A model generated the notes under the pieces. It was not told the origin of the DNA. It worked only from the letters and a program-made list of their open reading frames with translations, and made no database searches. From the NCBI GenBank assembly GCA_019058445.1, contig JAHPZA010000007.1:20129-84128 (forward strand): a stretch of DNA of 64,000 nucleotides, in the 5' to 3' direction. This document shows, in pieces, positions 18,615 through 27,683 of this stretch. The stretch is from Promethearchaeota archaeon. GTDB taxonomy: Archaea > Asgardarchaeota > Lokiarchaeia > Sigyniarchaeales > SOKP01. Each line of letters begins with the position of its first letter. The first letter of the stretch is position 1. Made by a program: the position numbers and the translations under genes.

Positions 18615-21443
18615 ATGATTTTTTTTTCTAAATATCTTATAATTCTCTTAGGTTTTTTAGTATTTTTTCTTCTCCTAACACCATTCTATTTAAGAATTAA
18701 GGAAAAGAGGGAGAAAACAAGAGCTTATGAACTATATTATTTGTTTCTAGGTATTTTGATATACATTTTTTCTTTTTTAGAAACAGTTATATATCCACTT
18801 TCGGATAATTCACCCTTTCTATTAATAATTGAATTAGAAATGGTTTTCATTTTATTTCTTTTCAACATACTGTATTATTTTAGTCAACAAAACGCTCAAG
18901 ATGAATGGACTACTATTTTATATCTAAGTATTATCATTTTACTTTCTCACATAGTTATTTGTGGAATTTATTTATCATTTTTAGTAGGAACTATTATTTC
19001 TCTTTTCATTGCATTGTTAAGTTTTACTATCATAATTCCATATAATAAGGACTGGAAATTAAGAGGTAATCTCATTATTTTTTCCTTATTAATTTATTAT
19101 TCACTTATAGAAAATATACTCTTTATCTCAATTATTTCATTTTGTATCACTATAACACTTGTTTCCCTTGTACACGATGAGATCCGCTTAAGAATTGTAG
19201 CTGTATATCCGGGATTGATAATAATTCTTAAGCGTATAATCTTTAGACCTAAAATCCTTATGAATAAATTTAGCATTATTTCAGATATAGAAAAACCTAA
19301 GAATTTAAATACAAATAAAAAAGTTAAGTTTTTCCAAGTAAAAGTTAAAATAATCCAGAGAAAACTTGAACAAGAACAAGATCCGTTAAATCTATATCAA
19401 TTGAATGAAAGAAGTTTTTTAATTGATCTTCTCCCAGTAAAAGCCACTTATGTTCTTGAAATTATATCTCATAAAAAATTTTCCTTATCATTTATAACAA
19501 AACATAGGAATAAAGAAAAAGCTCACGAACAAGGTTTAACGATATTAACTAAATTAAAAAGTCTTTATGAGGGAATTGATGGGGAAATAAGCGTTATTAA
19601 AATCTCTAGCAAGGAAATCTACAAAAAGGATCGATATTGGGAAATTAAAATCCCCAAACCACCATTCATAGAGAAAATGACGTTTATTAGGGATATTATA
19701 AATCTTTTTGATTTAAATGAAGAAAAAATAGAGATTTATATCATGTGGAAGCGAGTCTCATCATTAAACCAATTTAGAATAAAAAAAATACGAGAGGATG
19801 TAAGAAATATAAAATTTAATGATGCAGATGAGAAGGAGAATTTCTTAGAAATGTGGCAAGGAGATCTTTATAAATTGAGAATTTTTTTCACTTTCAAAGT
19901 CTTTGAAAAAGATGTCAGATTAAGAAATCAAAAAATCCGAGAAATTGAAGCCATGCTAAAGACTCTCGCTATGTCAAGTAGAAATGAGACTAAGATAGCT
20001 AAAATTAAAAAAGCTTCACCTTTTGCAAATGCAAACATCATAAGTAATAGATTATATGGAGGTCGCTATATAACATCTAAAAGCTTGGACTTTGATGTTC
20101 TTCATGGAATTCCTTTACCTCGATCTTACGCATTGGAAGATGAGAATATTATTAATTTGGATGTAGAAGACCATGATTTAAATTATATTTTAATTGGAAA
20201 TTATATTAGAAATGGACGGGTTTCAGAAAAAAAGATTCCAATTCATAAAAATATATTTAGTCAATCAGTTTTAATAGGTGGGCAACCGGGTTCAGGAAAG
20301 ACTTACCTTTTGAGCCAAATTACAAAAGAATTTTATACCAAATGTCCAGATATTGGGATAATGATTATTAATTTAGGAAAAGGGAATCAAGAATTACTTT
20401 ACAAATTTGATAAAATTTATAAATATGGGAAATCAAATTTAAGAGTTCCTTATTTTATCAGGGGAAAATTTCCAAGAAGGAGTTTACAAGAAACTGCTAA
20501 GTATTTAGTTGCTGCGGTTGGGTTAAAAAACATTGTTGAGATAAATATGTTTAATGTAATGCAATTATTTGAACAAAAAAGGGGACAGCCCAAAACTGCT
20601 AAAGTACTTTTTAATAATTTATTAAAATACTTTGAATTTCGACCATATCATTCCAAATTTCAAACAAATATCATAAGAGCGATAGAAAATCGAGTTCTGA
20701 GTATGTTATCAGATATGAGACTAGAAAAAACATTAGAATTATATAATAATCCCTATAAAATGCCATCATGGTTTGAGGAATGGCGAAAGGGTAAAAAAGT
20801 ATATATTGATTTATCTAGTTGCACAATCTATGAAAAAAGACTATTATGTAATGCAATTTTTCAAATTGTTCGATCTTGTGTACCAGATAAGGAGGAAGGT
20901 AATCTAAAAAACATCATTCTTCTAGATGAAGCACATCAAATCTTAGAAAAGCCTTCTTTACCTGCTGATCCTGACGATGATGATTATATTAGCAGACAAT
21001 CGTTAAAGGATATTTTTAATGAATTATTAAGGGAATTTCGTTCTAAGGGCGTTTCATTTATAATATCAGACCAAACACCATATACTTTATTCGATTGTGC
21101 GACAATATTGCCCAGTTTAAAATTTCTTTTCAGATTAGGACATTTATCGGCGTCTATTATGGGTTCAAATGAAAAAGAAGAAGCTCTTTTACCAGAACAA
21201 GAAAATAGACATTTTATCGTAGTAAACGGTGTAACTGGCGAAAAATATAGAGGAAAAACTCTTGATTTGCCCATTCCAACAAGATTATATAATAAAAGGA
21301 AGCAATTTGAAAGGGAATATGAAAATACAAACAAATTTTGTCAATTTTGTCATCAGATCATAGATATTGATGCTGTTTTCTGTCATAGATGTGGGAGCAA
21401 ATTAATTTATGATACCTTTATAAATTCAAATTCAAAATTATAG
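18615..21443 (+). CDS. membrane-anchored HerA/FtsK/VirB4-superfamily ATPase (likely start ATG 18615)
   Basis: about six N-terminal TM helices; GQPGSGKT, IILLDEAH, REFRSKG...DQTP; C-terminal CxxC..CxxC ribbon. Confidence 0.88.
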   Translation: MIFFSKYLIILLGFLVFFLLLTPFYLRIKEKREKTRAYELYYLFLGILIYIFSFLETVIYPLSDNSPFLLIIELEMVFILFLFNILYYFSQQNAQDEWTTILYLSIIILLSHIVICGIYLSFLVGTIISLFIALLSFTIIIPYNKDWKLRGNLIIFSLLIYYSLIENILFISIISFCITITLVSLVHDEIRLRIVAVYPGLIIILKRIIFRPKILMNKFSIISDIEKPKNLNTNKKVKFFQVKVKIIQRKLEQEQDPLNLYQLNERSFLIDLLPVKATYVLEIISHKKFSLSFITKHRNKEKAHEQGLTILTKLKSLYEGIDGEISVIKISSKEIYKKDRYWEIKIPKPPFIEKMTFIRDIINLFDLNEEKIEIYIMWKRVSSLNQFRIKKIREDVRNIKFNDADEKENFLEMWQGDLYKLRIFFTFKVFEKDVRLRNQKIREIEAMLKTLAMSSRNETKIAKIKKASPFANANIISNRLYGGRYITSKSLDFDVLHGIPLPRSYALEDENIINLDVEDHDLNYILIGNYIRNGRVSEKKIPIHKNIFSQSVLIGGQPGSGKTYLLSQITKEFYTKCPDIGIMIINLGKGNQELLYKFDKIYKYGKSNLRVPYFIRGKFPRRSLQETAKYLVAAVGLKNIVEINMFNVMQLFEQKRGQPKTAKVLFNNLLKYFEFRPYHSKFQTNIIRAIENRVLSMLSDMRLEKTLELYNNPYKMPSWFEEWRKGKKVYIDLSSCTIYEKRLLCNAIFQIVRSCVPDKEEGNLKNIILLDEAHQILEKPSLPADPDDDDYISRQSLKDIFNELLREFRSKGVSFIISDQTPYTLFDCATILPSLKFLFRLGHLSASIMGSNEKEEALLPEQENRHFIVVNGVTGEKYRGKTLDLPIPTRLYNKRKQFEREYENTNKFCQFCHQIIDIDAVFCHRCGSKLIYDTFINSNSKL

Positions 21444-21456
21444 TAGGTAATATATT

Positions 21457-22143
21457 ATGAGTGAAATAAATAGTGATGAATATGAGGAATACGAGGAATA
21501 TGAAGGAGAGCAAGATGAATCAGAAGAAAATGAACAAAATAAAGAACTTCAAGTGGATTATGGATATGATCAAGAAAAAGAACAAGAAGATAAACTTAAA
21601 GTAGATTATGGATACGATCAAGAAAAAGAACAAGAAGATAAGCTCCAAGTAGATTATGGATGCGATCAACAAGAAGAACAAAAAAAAAAAGATCATATTG
21701 ATAAAAAAAATAATGAAATAAGATCAGAAGAAGATAAATTCAAATCAGAAAAAGGAGCTTTATTTGGAGGAGAAAAATCGAAGGAGAATTTATACAAGAC
21801 TAATAATAATATTACAGAAAAGGATAAAATTAAGGATTTAGAAGAAAAAAAAAATGAGTCAGAAAACAAAATAAAAAACCAGAAAAAACAAAGTTCTAAA
21901 GATAAAAGGGGTAAAAGAGGTAAAAGAGGCAGAAGAGGCAAGCGTGGACGTCGAGGGAAGAGTGGTAAGTCTAAAGGAGGTATGTTAGATTTTAGAACAT
22001 TAAAAAAAGAGAAAAAGGAAGAGAAGAAAAAACGAGGAGTATTTAAGAAAACAGAGGAAGAAATAAAAGAAGAAATTAGAAAAGAAATATATAAACAACT
22101 TCAAGATGAACAAATTAAGAGAAAGGCAGGTATATTAAGATGA
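21457..22143 (+). CDS. low-complexity bipolar (acidic N / basic C) repeat protein
   Basis: E/D-rich N-terminus, 16-aa repeats, G[KR]R triplets; 13 nt after the ATPase gene. Confidence 0.8.
   Translation: MSEINSDEYEEYEEYEGEQDESEENEQNKELQVDYGYDQEKEQEDKLKVDYGYDQEKEQEDKLQVDYGCDQQEEQKKKDHIDKKNNEIRSEEDKFKSEKGALFGGEKSKENLYKTNNNITEKDKIKDLEEKKNESENKIKNQKKQSSKDKRGKRGKRGRRGKRGRRGKSGKSKGGMLDFRTLKKEKKEEKKKRGVFKKTEEEIKEEIRKEIYKQLQDEQIKRKAGILR
21547..21681 (+). repeat. 48-bp coding tandem repeat, ~2.8 copies (L[QK]VDYG[YC]DQEKEQEDK)
   Basis: units start at 21547, 21595 and 21643. Confidence 0.9.
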
Positions 22144-23045
22144 AAAGAGGTCAATCTGTTTCAGAGGGATTAAAGCAATACAAAAAAACGATGTCAGAAA
22201 AATTTAGTGATTGGAAAGAAGATTCTTATGGGCCTTGGAAAGAAGAGACCTATAAGCCATGGAAAAAAGAATTTTCTAAGAATGTGAAACGATTTAATAA
22301 ACAATTCAAAAAGATGCTTGTCCGTTGGAAGAGGAATATGTTAGAAAAATATAAGCAATGGCGTAAGAATAAGGTAAAAAGAGAAGCAGGGTTGCAGATA
22401 AAAATAAAAAACATAGAAAAGGTGGAAATAGGGAATAAAAAGATCAATTACCATAATCATCTCAATTATTTCCCTTCAAATGAGGGGCCTACAGAATTTG
22501 AGTATCAGAATATTCGAGAGAGAAATACGTTTCCTGTAAGAAATCAATATCCGGAAATTGAAGATCGATATTATTATGAGAAAACTGCATACAATTTGGA
22601 TGAAGATATTAGATCACAGAAATATTTAGGATATGATCGAGGAAAGGGAATTCAAAAAAATGTTGATTTTAATAGTTTATTTCGGGATTTTGCCCTAATT
22701 CAGGATTTACTGAGAACGAAATCACATCAAGAAATTTTTATTAAATGTCGTTATTTAATTGAGTCTTTTCTCGAGAAAATTGCGGATATGATTGGAATTC
22801 AATATAGAAATGTCCAACATTTCTTAGCAAGCTTAACAAATATGAATCTTAAGAGAAAATTCATATTCTATGATGAGATTATTGGGTATACTAAGTTTTT
22901 AAATGCAAATCTACATAATGTAGATAGGTTCATGGCTCACTCAATTTATATCCTTACGAAAAGAATTATTAACAAATTAGAAAGCATTTTGAGTAGAAAA
23001 TCGAATAATAATTTTTATTCAGAATATGGAGAAATCTTTCATTAA
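22140..23045 (+). CDS. Trp-periodic amphipathic N-terminus plus degenerate HEPN/DUF4145-like C-terminus
   Basis: ATGA overlap with the upstream gene; WKEDSYGP-WKEETYKP-WKK; CRYLIESFL...FLNANLH. Confidence 0.65.
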   Translation: MKRGQSVSEGLKQYKKTMSEKFSDWKEDSYGPWKEETYKPWKKEFSKNVKRFNKQFKKMLVRWKRNMLEKYKQWRKNKVKREAGLQIKIKNIEKVEIGNKKINYHNHLNYFPSNEGPTEFEYQNIRERNTFPVRNQYPEIEDRYYYEKTAYNLDEDIRSQKYLGYDRGKGIQKNVDFNSLFRDFALIQDLLRTKSHQEIFIKCRYLIESFLEKIADMIGIQYRNVQHFLASLTNMNLKRKFIFYDEIIGYTKFLNANLHNVDRFMAHSIYILTKRIINKLESILSRKSNNNFYSEYGEIFH

Positions 23046-23160
23046 TACTCAACTGATTCAATTCAATTTTTTTTATTACTTATCTTTAAAGCTTGTTGTA
23101 GTTTAAATAATTTAAATCCAAATATAGAGTATATTATTTAGCTAAAATTATCAGATTATT

Positions 23161-23496
23161 ATGACTCAAGAATATAAAAATTGTCCTCGTTGCAATGGGA
23201 AGAAGATTGTAGATTTAGATAACAAAATAAAATGTTTAGATTGTAAGTTAACGTTTGATAAAAAAATCATTAAGTTAATTGAAGATAAAGCATATATCTT
23301 GGCAAATGAGGAAAATGAGGAAATTCTTAAGGAAATATTAGATTCTAAAAATATTAATGAATTTATAGATTTGTTAAATGAAGTTGATGGAAATTTTTCA
23401 CACTGCCCCTATTGTTTTGGAAAAATAGAAAAACAGCTTAAAATTTGTCCCTCTTGCGGAATTTTCTTAGAAGATTATGCAAAAATTAAGAATTAG
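23161..23496 (+). CDS. double zinc-ribbon protein
   Basis: four CxxC pairs. Confidence 0.75.
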   Translation: MTQEYKNCPRCNGKKIVDLDNKIKCLDCKLTFDKKIIKLIEDKAYILANEENEEILKEILDSKNINEFIDLLNEVDGNFSHCPYCFGKIEKQLKICPSCGIFLEDYAKIKN

Positions 23497-23557
23497 CAAA
23501 ATTATGATAATTTATACTAATTTAGAATTTTAAATTTTCTTTCCAATGTAACACTAG

Positions 23558-23576
23558 TTTTGTCGGGATTTTTATA
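23558..23576 (+). promoter_or_regulatory. TTTTGTCGG motif plus TATA box; probable leaderless transcript
   Basis: TTTTGTCGG-GA-TTTTTATA ending ~21 nt before ATG 23598. Confidence 0.55.
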
Positions 23577-23597
23577 GCTATATTTAGAACTAAATCG

Positions 23598-24212
23598 ATG
23601 ATATCTCAGGAAAATTCAGATTCTTCGGACCCATTTTCCGTTTTTCAATCGGTAAATGACGCCATAGTGGGAATATTAGTCCCATTTAACGAGATTTGTA
23701 TCAATATTTTTCGTTTTGGAAACTGGATTTTATTTCTTATTTTTATATTTTTAGGAGTAAATCTATTAATGAGTGCCCATGAAAAAGAAACTGAAGAAAG
23801 AATTCACGGAAAAAACTTAGAGTATATTCAAAAAAGAGGTCGTATTGGATCTTTTATTTTAATTTTAATAGCCATTGGTTTCTTATTCAAAGGACTAACG
23901 ATACTAACGATAATTAGCTTTAGTTCATTTTCAGCTCCGCCCGTTTTTCGATGGCTAAAATGTCAATATCTATATAATAATATAAGTACGTTAGAGGACC
24001 TGAAAAAGTATGATGTCTTTGAAGTAAGTTTATTTCTATTTATTAGTTTAGTGTCTTTCATTTCAATAATTCTAATTAGTTTTGGTATTTATCTTCTTCT
24101 TTTTAATAAGAGAATTCTTAGAACACATTATAAAGCTTGTTCATTCATTGTTATTGGAGTTATTTTAGCTTGTATCTTTGGGATTACTCCAGGATTACTC
24201 CTAACTTTGTGA
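23598..24212 (+). CDS. 4-TM membrane protein (two hairpin units); paralog of 27684..28301
   Basis: shared AIG, PPxF, KYxxFE, SF, NxRI and FG motifs. Confidence 0.8.
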   Translation: MISQENSDSSDPFSVFQSVNDAIVGILVPFNEICINIFRFGNWILFLIFIFLGVNLLMSAHEKETEERIHGKNLEYIQKRGRIGSFILILIAIGFLFKGLTILTIISFSSFSAPPVFRWLKCQYLYNNISTLEDLKKYDVFEVSLFLFISLVSFISIILISFGIYLLLFNKRILRTHYKACSFIVIGVILACIFGITPGLLLTL

Positions 24213-24251
24213 GATGTTCATAAAGGAATTATGATTTAAAGCTTAATATAA

Positions 24252-24776
24252 TTATGATTTTAATTGTTTTTCATATAAATCTTTGATATATTCATTTAAT
24301 TCTTTAAATTTCATTTCATTAATCGTCGTTAATTTATCTTCTTCCCAGTTAAAGGTAGTCATACTCTTATCTGGTTTATGGTTGAATTCTAAATCTTCAT
24401 ACTTAGGTACAAAATCCTCATTAAAATCCTCTTGATCCTTAAATTCATCATCTTCTTCTATAGTGTTATCAATTGCCTCATATTCACTAAAAGATAACCT
24501 TTTTAGAAAAAAATATACTAAAATACAAAGAAAGATAAACACAAGATTACTTGGAATTACTGTTTCTGAGGTTAAAATTACATCTGTTTTATTATACAAA
24601 TTAGGAAGTGAATTTAGGATATAAAAACTCACTGATAACAATATTAACACAGTTATTACGAGCTTTAATCTGTGAAATGTAGGTTGATAAGCTTGAACTT
24701 TATAGAAAACGGCTATTGAAATAGCTAAAGCTGTAGTTAAAATAACAAATGTTAAAAATAATTCGAATGTGACCAT
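24252..24776 (-). CDS. 3-TM membrane protein with acidic tail
   Basis: three hydrophobic segments followed by an E/D-rich C-terminus. Confidence 0.75.
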   Translation of the reverse strand: MVTFELFLTFVILTTALAISIAVFYKVQAYQPTFHRLKLVITVLILLSVSFYILNSLPNLYNKTDVILTSETVIPSNLVFIFLCILVYFFLKRLSFSEYEAIDNTIEEDDEFKDQEDFNEDFVPKYEDLEFNHKPDKSMTTFNWEEDKLTTINEMKFKELNEYIKDLYEKQLKS

Positions 24777-25062
24777 CTCTATCTTTTTCTCTTTATGATC
24801 CTATAAATCGCCTTATCGATATCAATTAATTATTTAAAATTAAGTATAAAAAGTTCGAGATTTATCCATGGCAGTTATAAAAAGTAAGTAAATTTACTAA
24901 ACCAGTTTTTTTTTTAAATTGAGAAATTTATATTTTTATAAGATTAGACTAATTAGATCTTTTTGTCGATAATACTTCGATTTTATAATTTTCATTTTAT
25001 TATTTTACAAATGAGCTAACAGTGAGATTAAATAGATTACATAGTTTTAAGTAATAAGCAAA

Positions 25063-26589
25063 TTAATCTTTAAAATAATTAAAAATAACTTTAAGAATTA
25101 AGTCTTTAAAACATTTTAACACTTTTTCCCCTTCTAACGCGCATACTGGATACACTACTAAAGAACCATCAGGATATTTAATTTCGTTAGGTAGATTTAA
25201 GATTCTTTTAAATATATCTAATGAAATCGCATTATCTAAATCTCTCTTATTTAGTTGCACGTTTATAGGGACTCTGAGATGTCCAATGGTATTTATTAGT
25301 TCCTGAAAGCTTTGTTTGTTTTGTTCCATCTTGGAAGGATCAGAATCACCTATAAAAATCACTCCGTCAGCGCCCTCAAGGATCCGCCTGCGAGCTACCG
25401 AAAAATTTTCAAGGGCAGGAACAGTTACAATTTGAATAATTACCCCATATTTAGTATCCTCAATTTCAAACTTTAATAAAATATACTGAGAATCATGCCA
25501 CAGTGTTGAACCGTTAGTGGTTTCAATGGAATATCCTTTGGTTAAATTCATAGATGAAAATTTTTTTTGTAGTAACTTAAAATTAGAGGTTTTTCCGGAT
25601 TTAGAAGGGCCCCAAAAAATTATTCTAAATTGTAGGATTTCATCACAATTTTTTAAGCTTCGATTATCTTTAGCTTTTTCAATTTCATGATCTATATACT
25701 TAGTTAATTCTTTATATCGTTTCCTAATCGTAGCTTCGGTTACTCCAGCTGCTAAAGAAATTTCTTTTTGGGTTCTTCGTTCTCCCTCCTGTAGCGCAGC
25801 AAAATAGAGTGCCCCCCCAGCAAGCCCAGCAGGAGTTTTTCCGGCGGTGAGTCGATACTTTTTTGCTAAATTTAATATTTTCGTGGCACGATTTTTCGTA
25901 TTTTCTGAGAGATTAAGATTAGCTGCAAATTTGGGAATATAACTTAAAGGTGAACTTGCATTAAGATTTAGCTTTAATTCTCTGAAGACAAGTCTATAAC
26001 ACCGGGCTAGTTTTTTTTTCTCAATAGCAGTAAATTCCAAAAAGTCTTCAATAATTTTGGGGACATTATTAATTTTGCATGCTGTATAAATTGAAGCTAT
26101 CACAATGGCCTCAATGGATCGACCTTTAGCAAGATGCATTACTTTTCTATAAATATGAGCTGAAGATTCCTTTAGATATTTTGGCAAATTCATTTGAGAT
26201 GAGATTCTGTCTAATTGAGTCATTGCTTCCGCTAAGTTTTTCTCTTTAGGCGTATAAATCATCGATCTTTTATTCCAAGTTCTTAGCCTTTTGATTTCTC
26301 CAATCATTTTCGGACTAATTTTGTTCCCTTTAGCATCTCGATTCGATTTTCCAATGACCGTGTTTAAACCTTTATCATATTGCATTAAATTCGTTGGAGC
26401 TCCGATTCTAACTTTTTTTGCCTTATCTTCTGAGTTAAAAGCACGCCAATCAACCCCAGAATTAATAAGATGTTGCTTAATTACCAATCCACATGCGTTA
26501 CAAATGATTTCGCCGCGAAAAGCATCATTTATTAATATTTCATTCCCACATTCAGGACATATATCTGAAACTTTTTCTGCGACATTCAT
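25063..26589 (-). CDS. TFB fused to C-terminal MglA/Arf-like small GTPase domain
   Basis: complete TFB (CPECG, DWRAF, GVTEATIRKRYKEL) then GPSKSGKT, GADGVIFIGDS, NKRD, CA in one frame. Confidence 0.9.
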   Translation of the reverse strand: MNVAEKVSDICPECGNEILINDAFRGEIICNACGLVIKQHLINSGVDWRAFNSEDKAKKVRIGAPTNLMQYDKGLNTVIGKSNRDAKGNKISPKMIGEIKRLRTWNKRSMIYTPKEKNLAEAMTQLDRISSQMNLPKYLKESSAHIYRKVMHLAKGRSIEAIVIASIYTACKINNVPKIIEDFLEFTAIEKKKLARCYRLVFRELKLNLNASSPLSYIPKFAANLNLSENTKNRATKILNLAKKYRLTAGKTPAGLAGGALYFAALQEGERRTQKEISLAAGVTEATIRKRYKELTKYIDHEIEKAKDNRSLKNCDEILQFRIIFWGPSKSGKTSNFKLLQKKFSSMNLTKGYSIETTNGSTLWHDSQYILLKFEIEDTKYGVIIQIVTVPALENFSVARRRILEGADGVIFIGDSDPSKMEQNKQSFQELINTIGHLRVPINVQLNKRDLDNAISLDIFKRILNLPNEIKYPDGSLVVYPVCALEGEKVLKCFKDLILKVIFNYFKD

Positions 26590-26753
26590 TATAACTAACT
26601 TTTAACATCATATAAAATAGAAATTATAAAAAATACACGAAAATAGGTTAGACATCCAGGCTTTATTAAATTCAAGAAAATGTTTGTATAAAAACAAGTC
26701 ACTAGAAAAAGTTTAAAATTTTTTCTTTAAATAGGCTTAAAATACAGAAGGAT

Positions 26754-27161
26754 ATGATTAAGACTGAAATAAGATATGAAAAATCGCTTGGAAGACTGAA
26801 ATGTGATATTTGTGACACTAGATTTCGAGAAAACGCAAGGATTTATAAAGTTAATAATGACATAGGGTATGTTTGCCAACAATGCAATGATAATTTTTCT
26901 AAGGAAGATATATATCTGATTATAGACTTGTTTAAATCTTATGGCGGGTATTTTGGGAAATTCGATGATATAAAATTATCCTTAGATAATATTTTAACGG
27001 AATTTTATGATAGAATTTCGGCTGACGGTAATTTAAAAAACACTTTCGAATATAATAGGAAATTATGTCATAAAGCACTGCTAAATGGCTATACCCCTAA
27101 ACAGCTTATTCAAAAAATGAAAGTTCCAAAAAATTATAAACTTAAAAAACGCACCATTTAG
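26754..27161 (+). CDS. zinc-finger hypothetical protein
   Basis: CDIC and CQQC pairs; divergent from the TFB-GTPase gene. Confidence 0.7.
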   Translation: MIKTEIRYEKSLGRLKCDICDTRFRENARIYKVNNDIGYVCQQCNDNFSKEDIYLIIDLFKSYGGYFGKFDDIKLSLDNILTEFYDRISADGNLKNTFEYNRKLCHKALLNGYTPKQLIQKMKVPKNYKLKKRTI

Positions 27162-27347
27162 ATAGATATTGCTTGCTTAAATCACTAGACCTGTGAACTC
27201 ATATAAATTAAATTACCAATAAAATTTGGTTTGATACCCCTTTTGACAGAAATATTTGAGTTTAAATAATCATCAAAACAAATATTGATAGTTTAAATTA
27301 GATTTGAATATTTAAAAGTTCAAATTTAACTTTTATGGTGGGAGAAT

Positions 27348-27599
27348 ATCTCAAAATCAATCAATTTTCATGACTTAATTGAATCAGAAAAGATCTTACC
27401 TCCAATACAATTTAAATTGATTAAAGCCTTAATATTTAAAGGACCATTAACGAGAAAAGAATTATCAATTGAGCTCAATATTCCTCGGAGTACCATTTAC
27501 GACAATTTAAAGAAACTTGAAAAGCGGAACGTTGTTATAAAATACATATTAATAGAAGGTAAACAAGGGCGTCCTCCTGTCTTTTGGCAAATCAAATGA
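27348..27599 (+). CDS. small winged-HTH (TrmB-like) regulator; probably starts upstream of TTG 27417 (e.g. ATC 27348)
   Basis: LTRKELS..LNIPRSTIYDNL..L, GRPPVFW; paralog of 36402. Confidence 0.75.
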   Translation: MSKSINFHDLIESEKILPPIQFKLIKALIFKGPLTRKELSIELNIPRSTIYDNLKKLEKRNVVIKYILIEGKQGRPPVFWQIK

Positions 27600-27683
27600 A
27601 CTCAAAATTAGTTTTAACTAATTATCTTTTATTTTTTTTTAGTTTAAATAATTACTTTACAAATTAAAAATGAGGTATTTAAT

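Noticed and set aside
21547-21681. CRISPR-like array
   Set aside because: In-frame 48-bp coding repeat without unique spacers; no cas genes in the window
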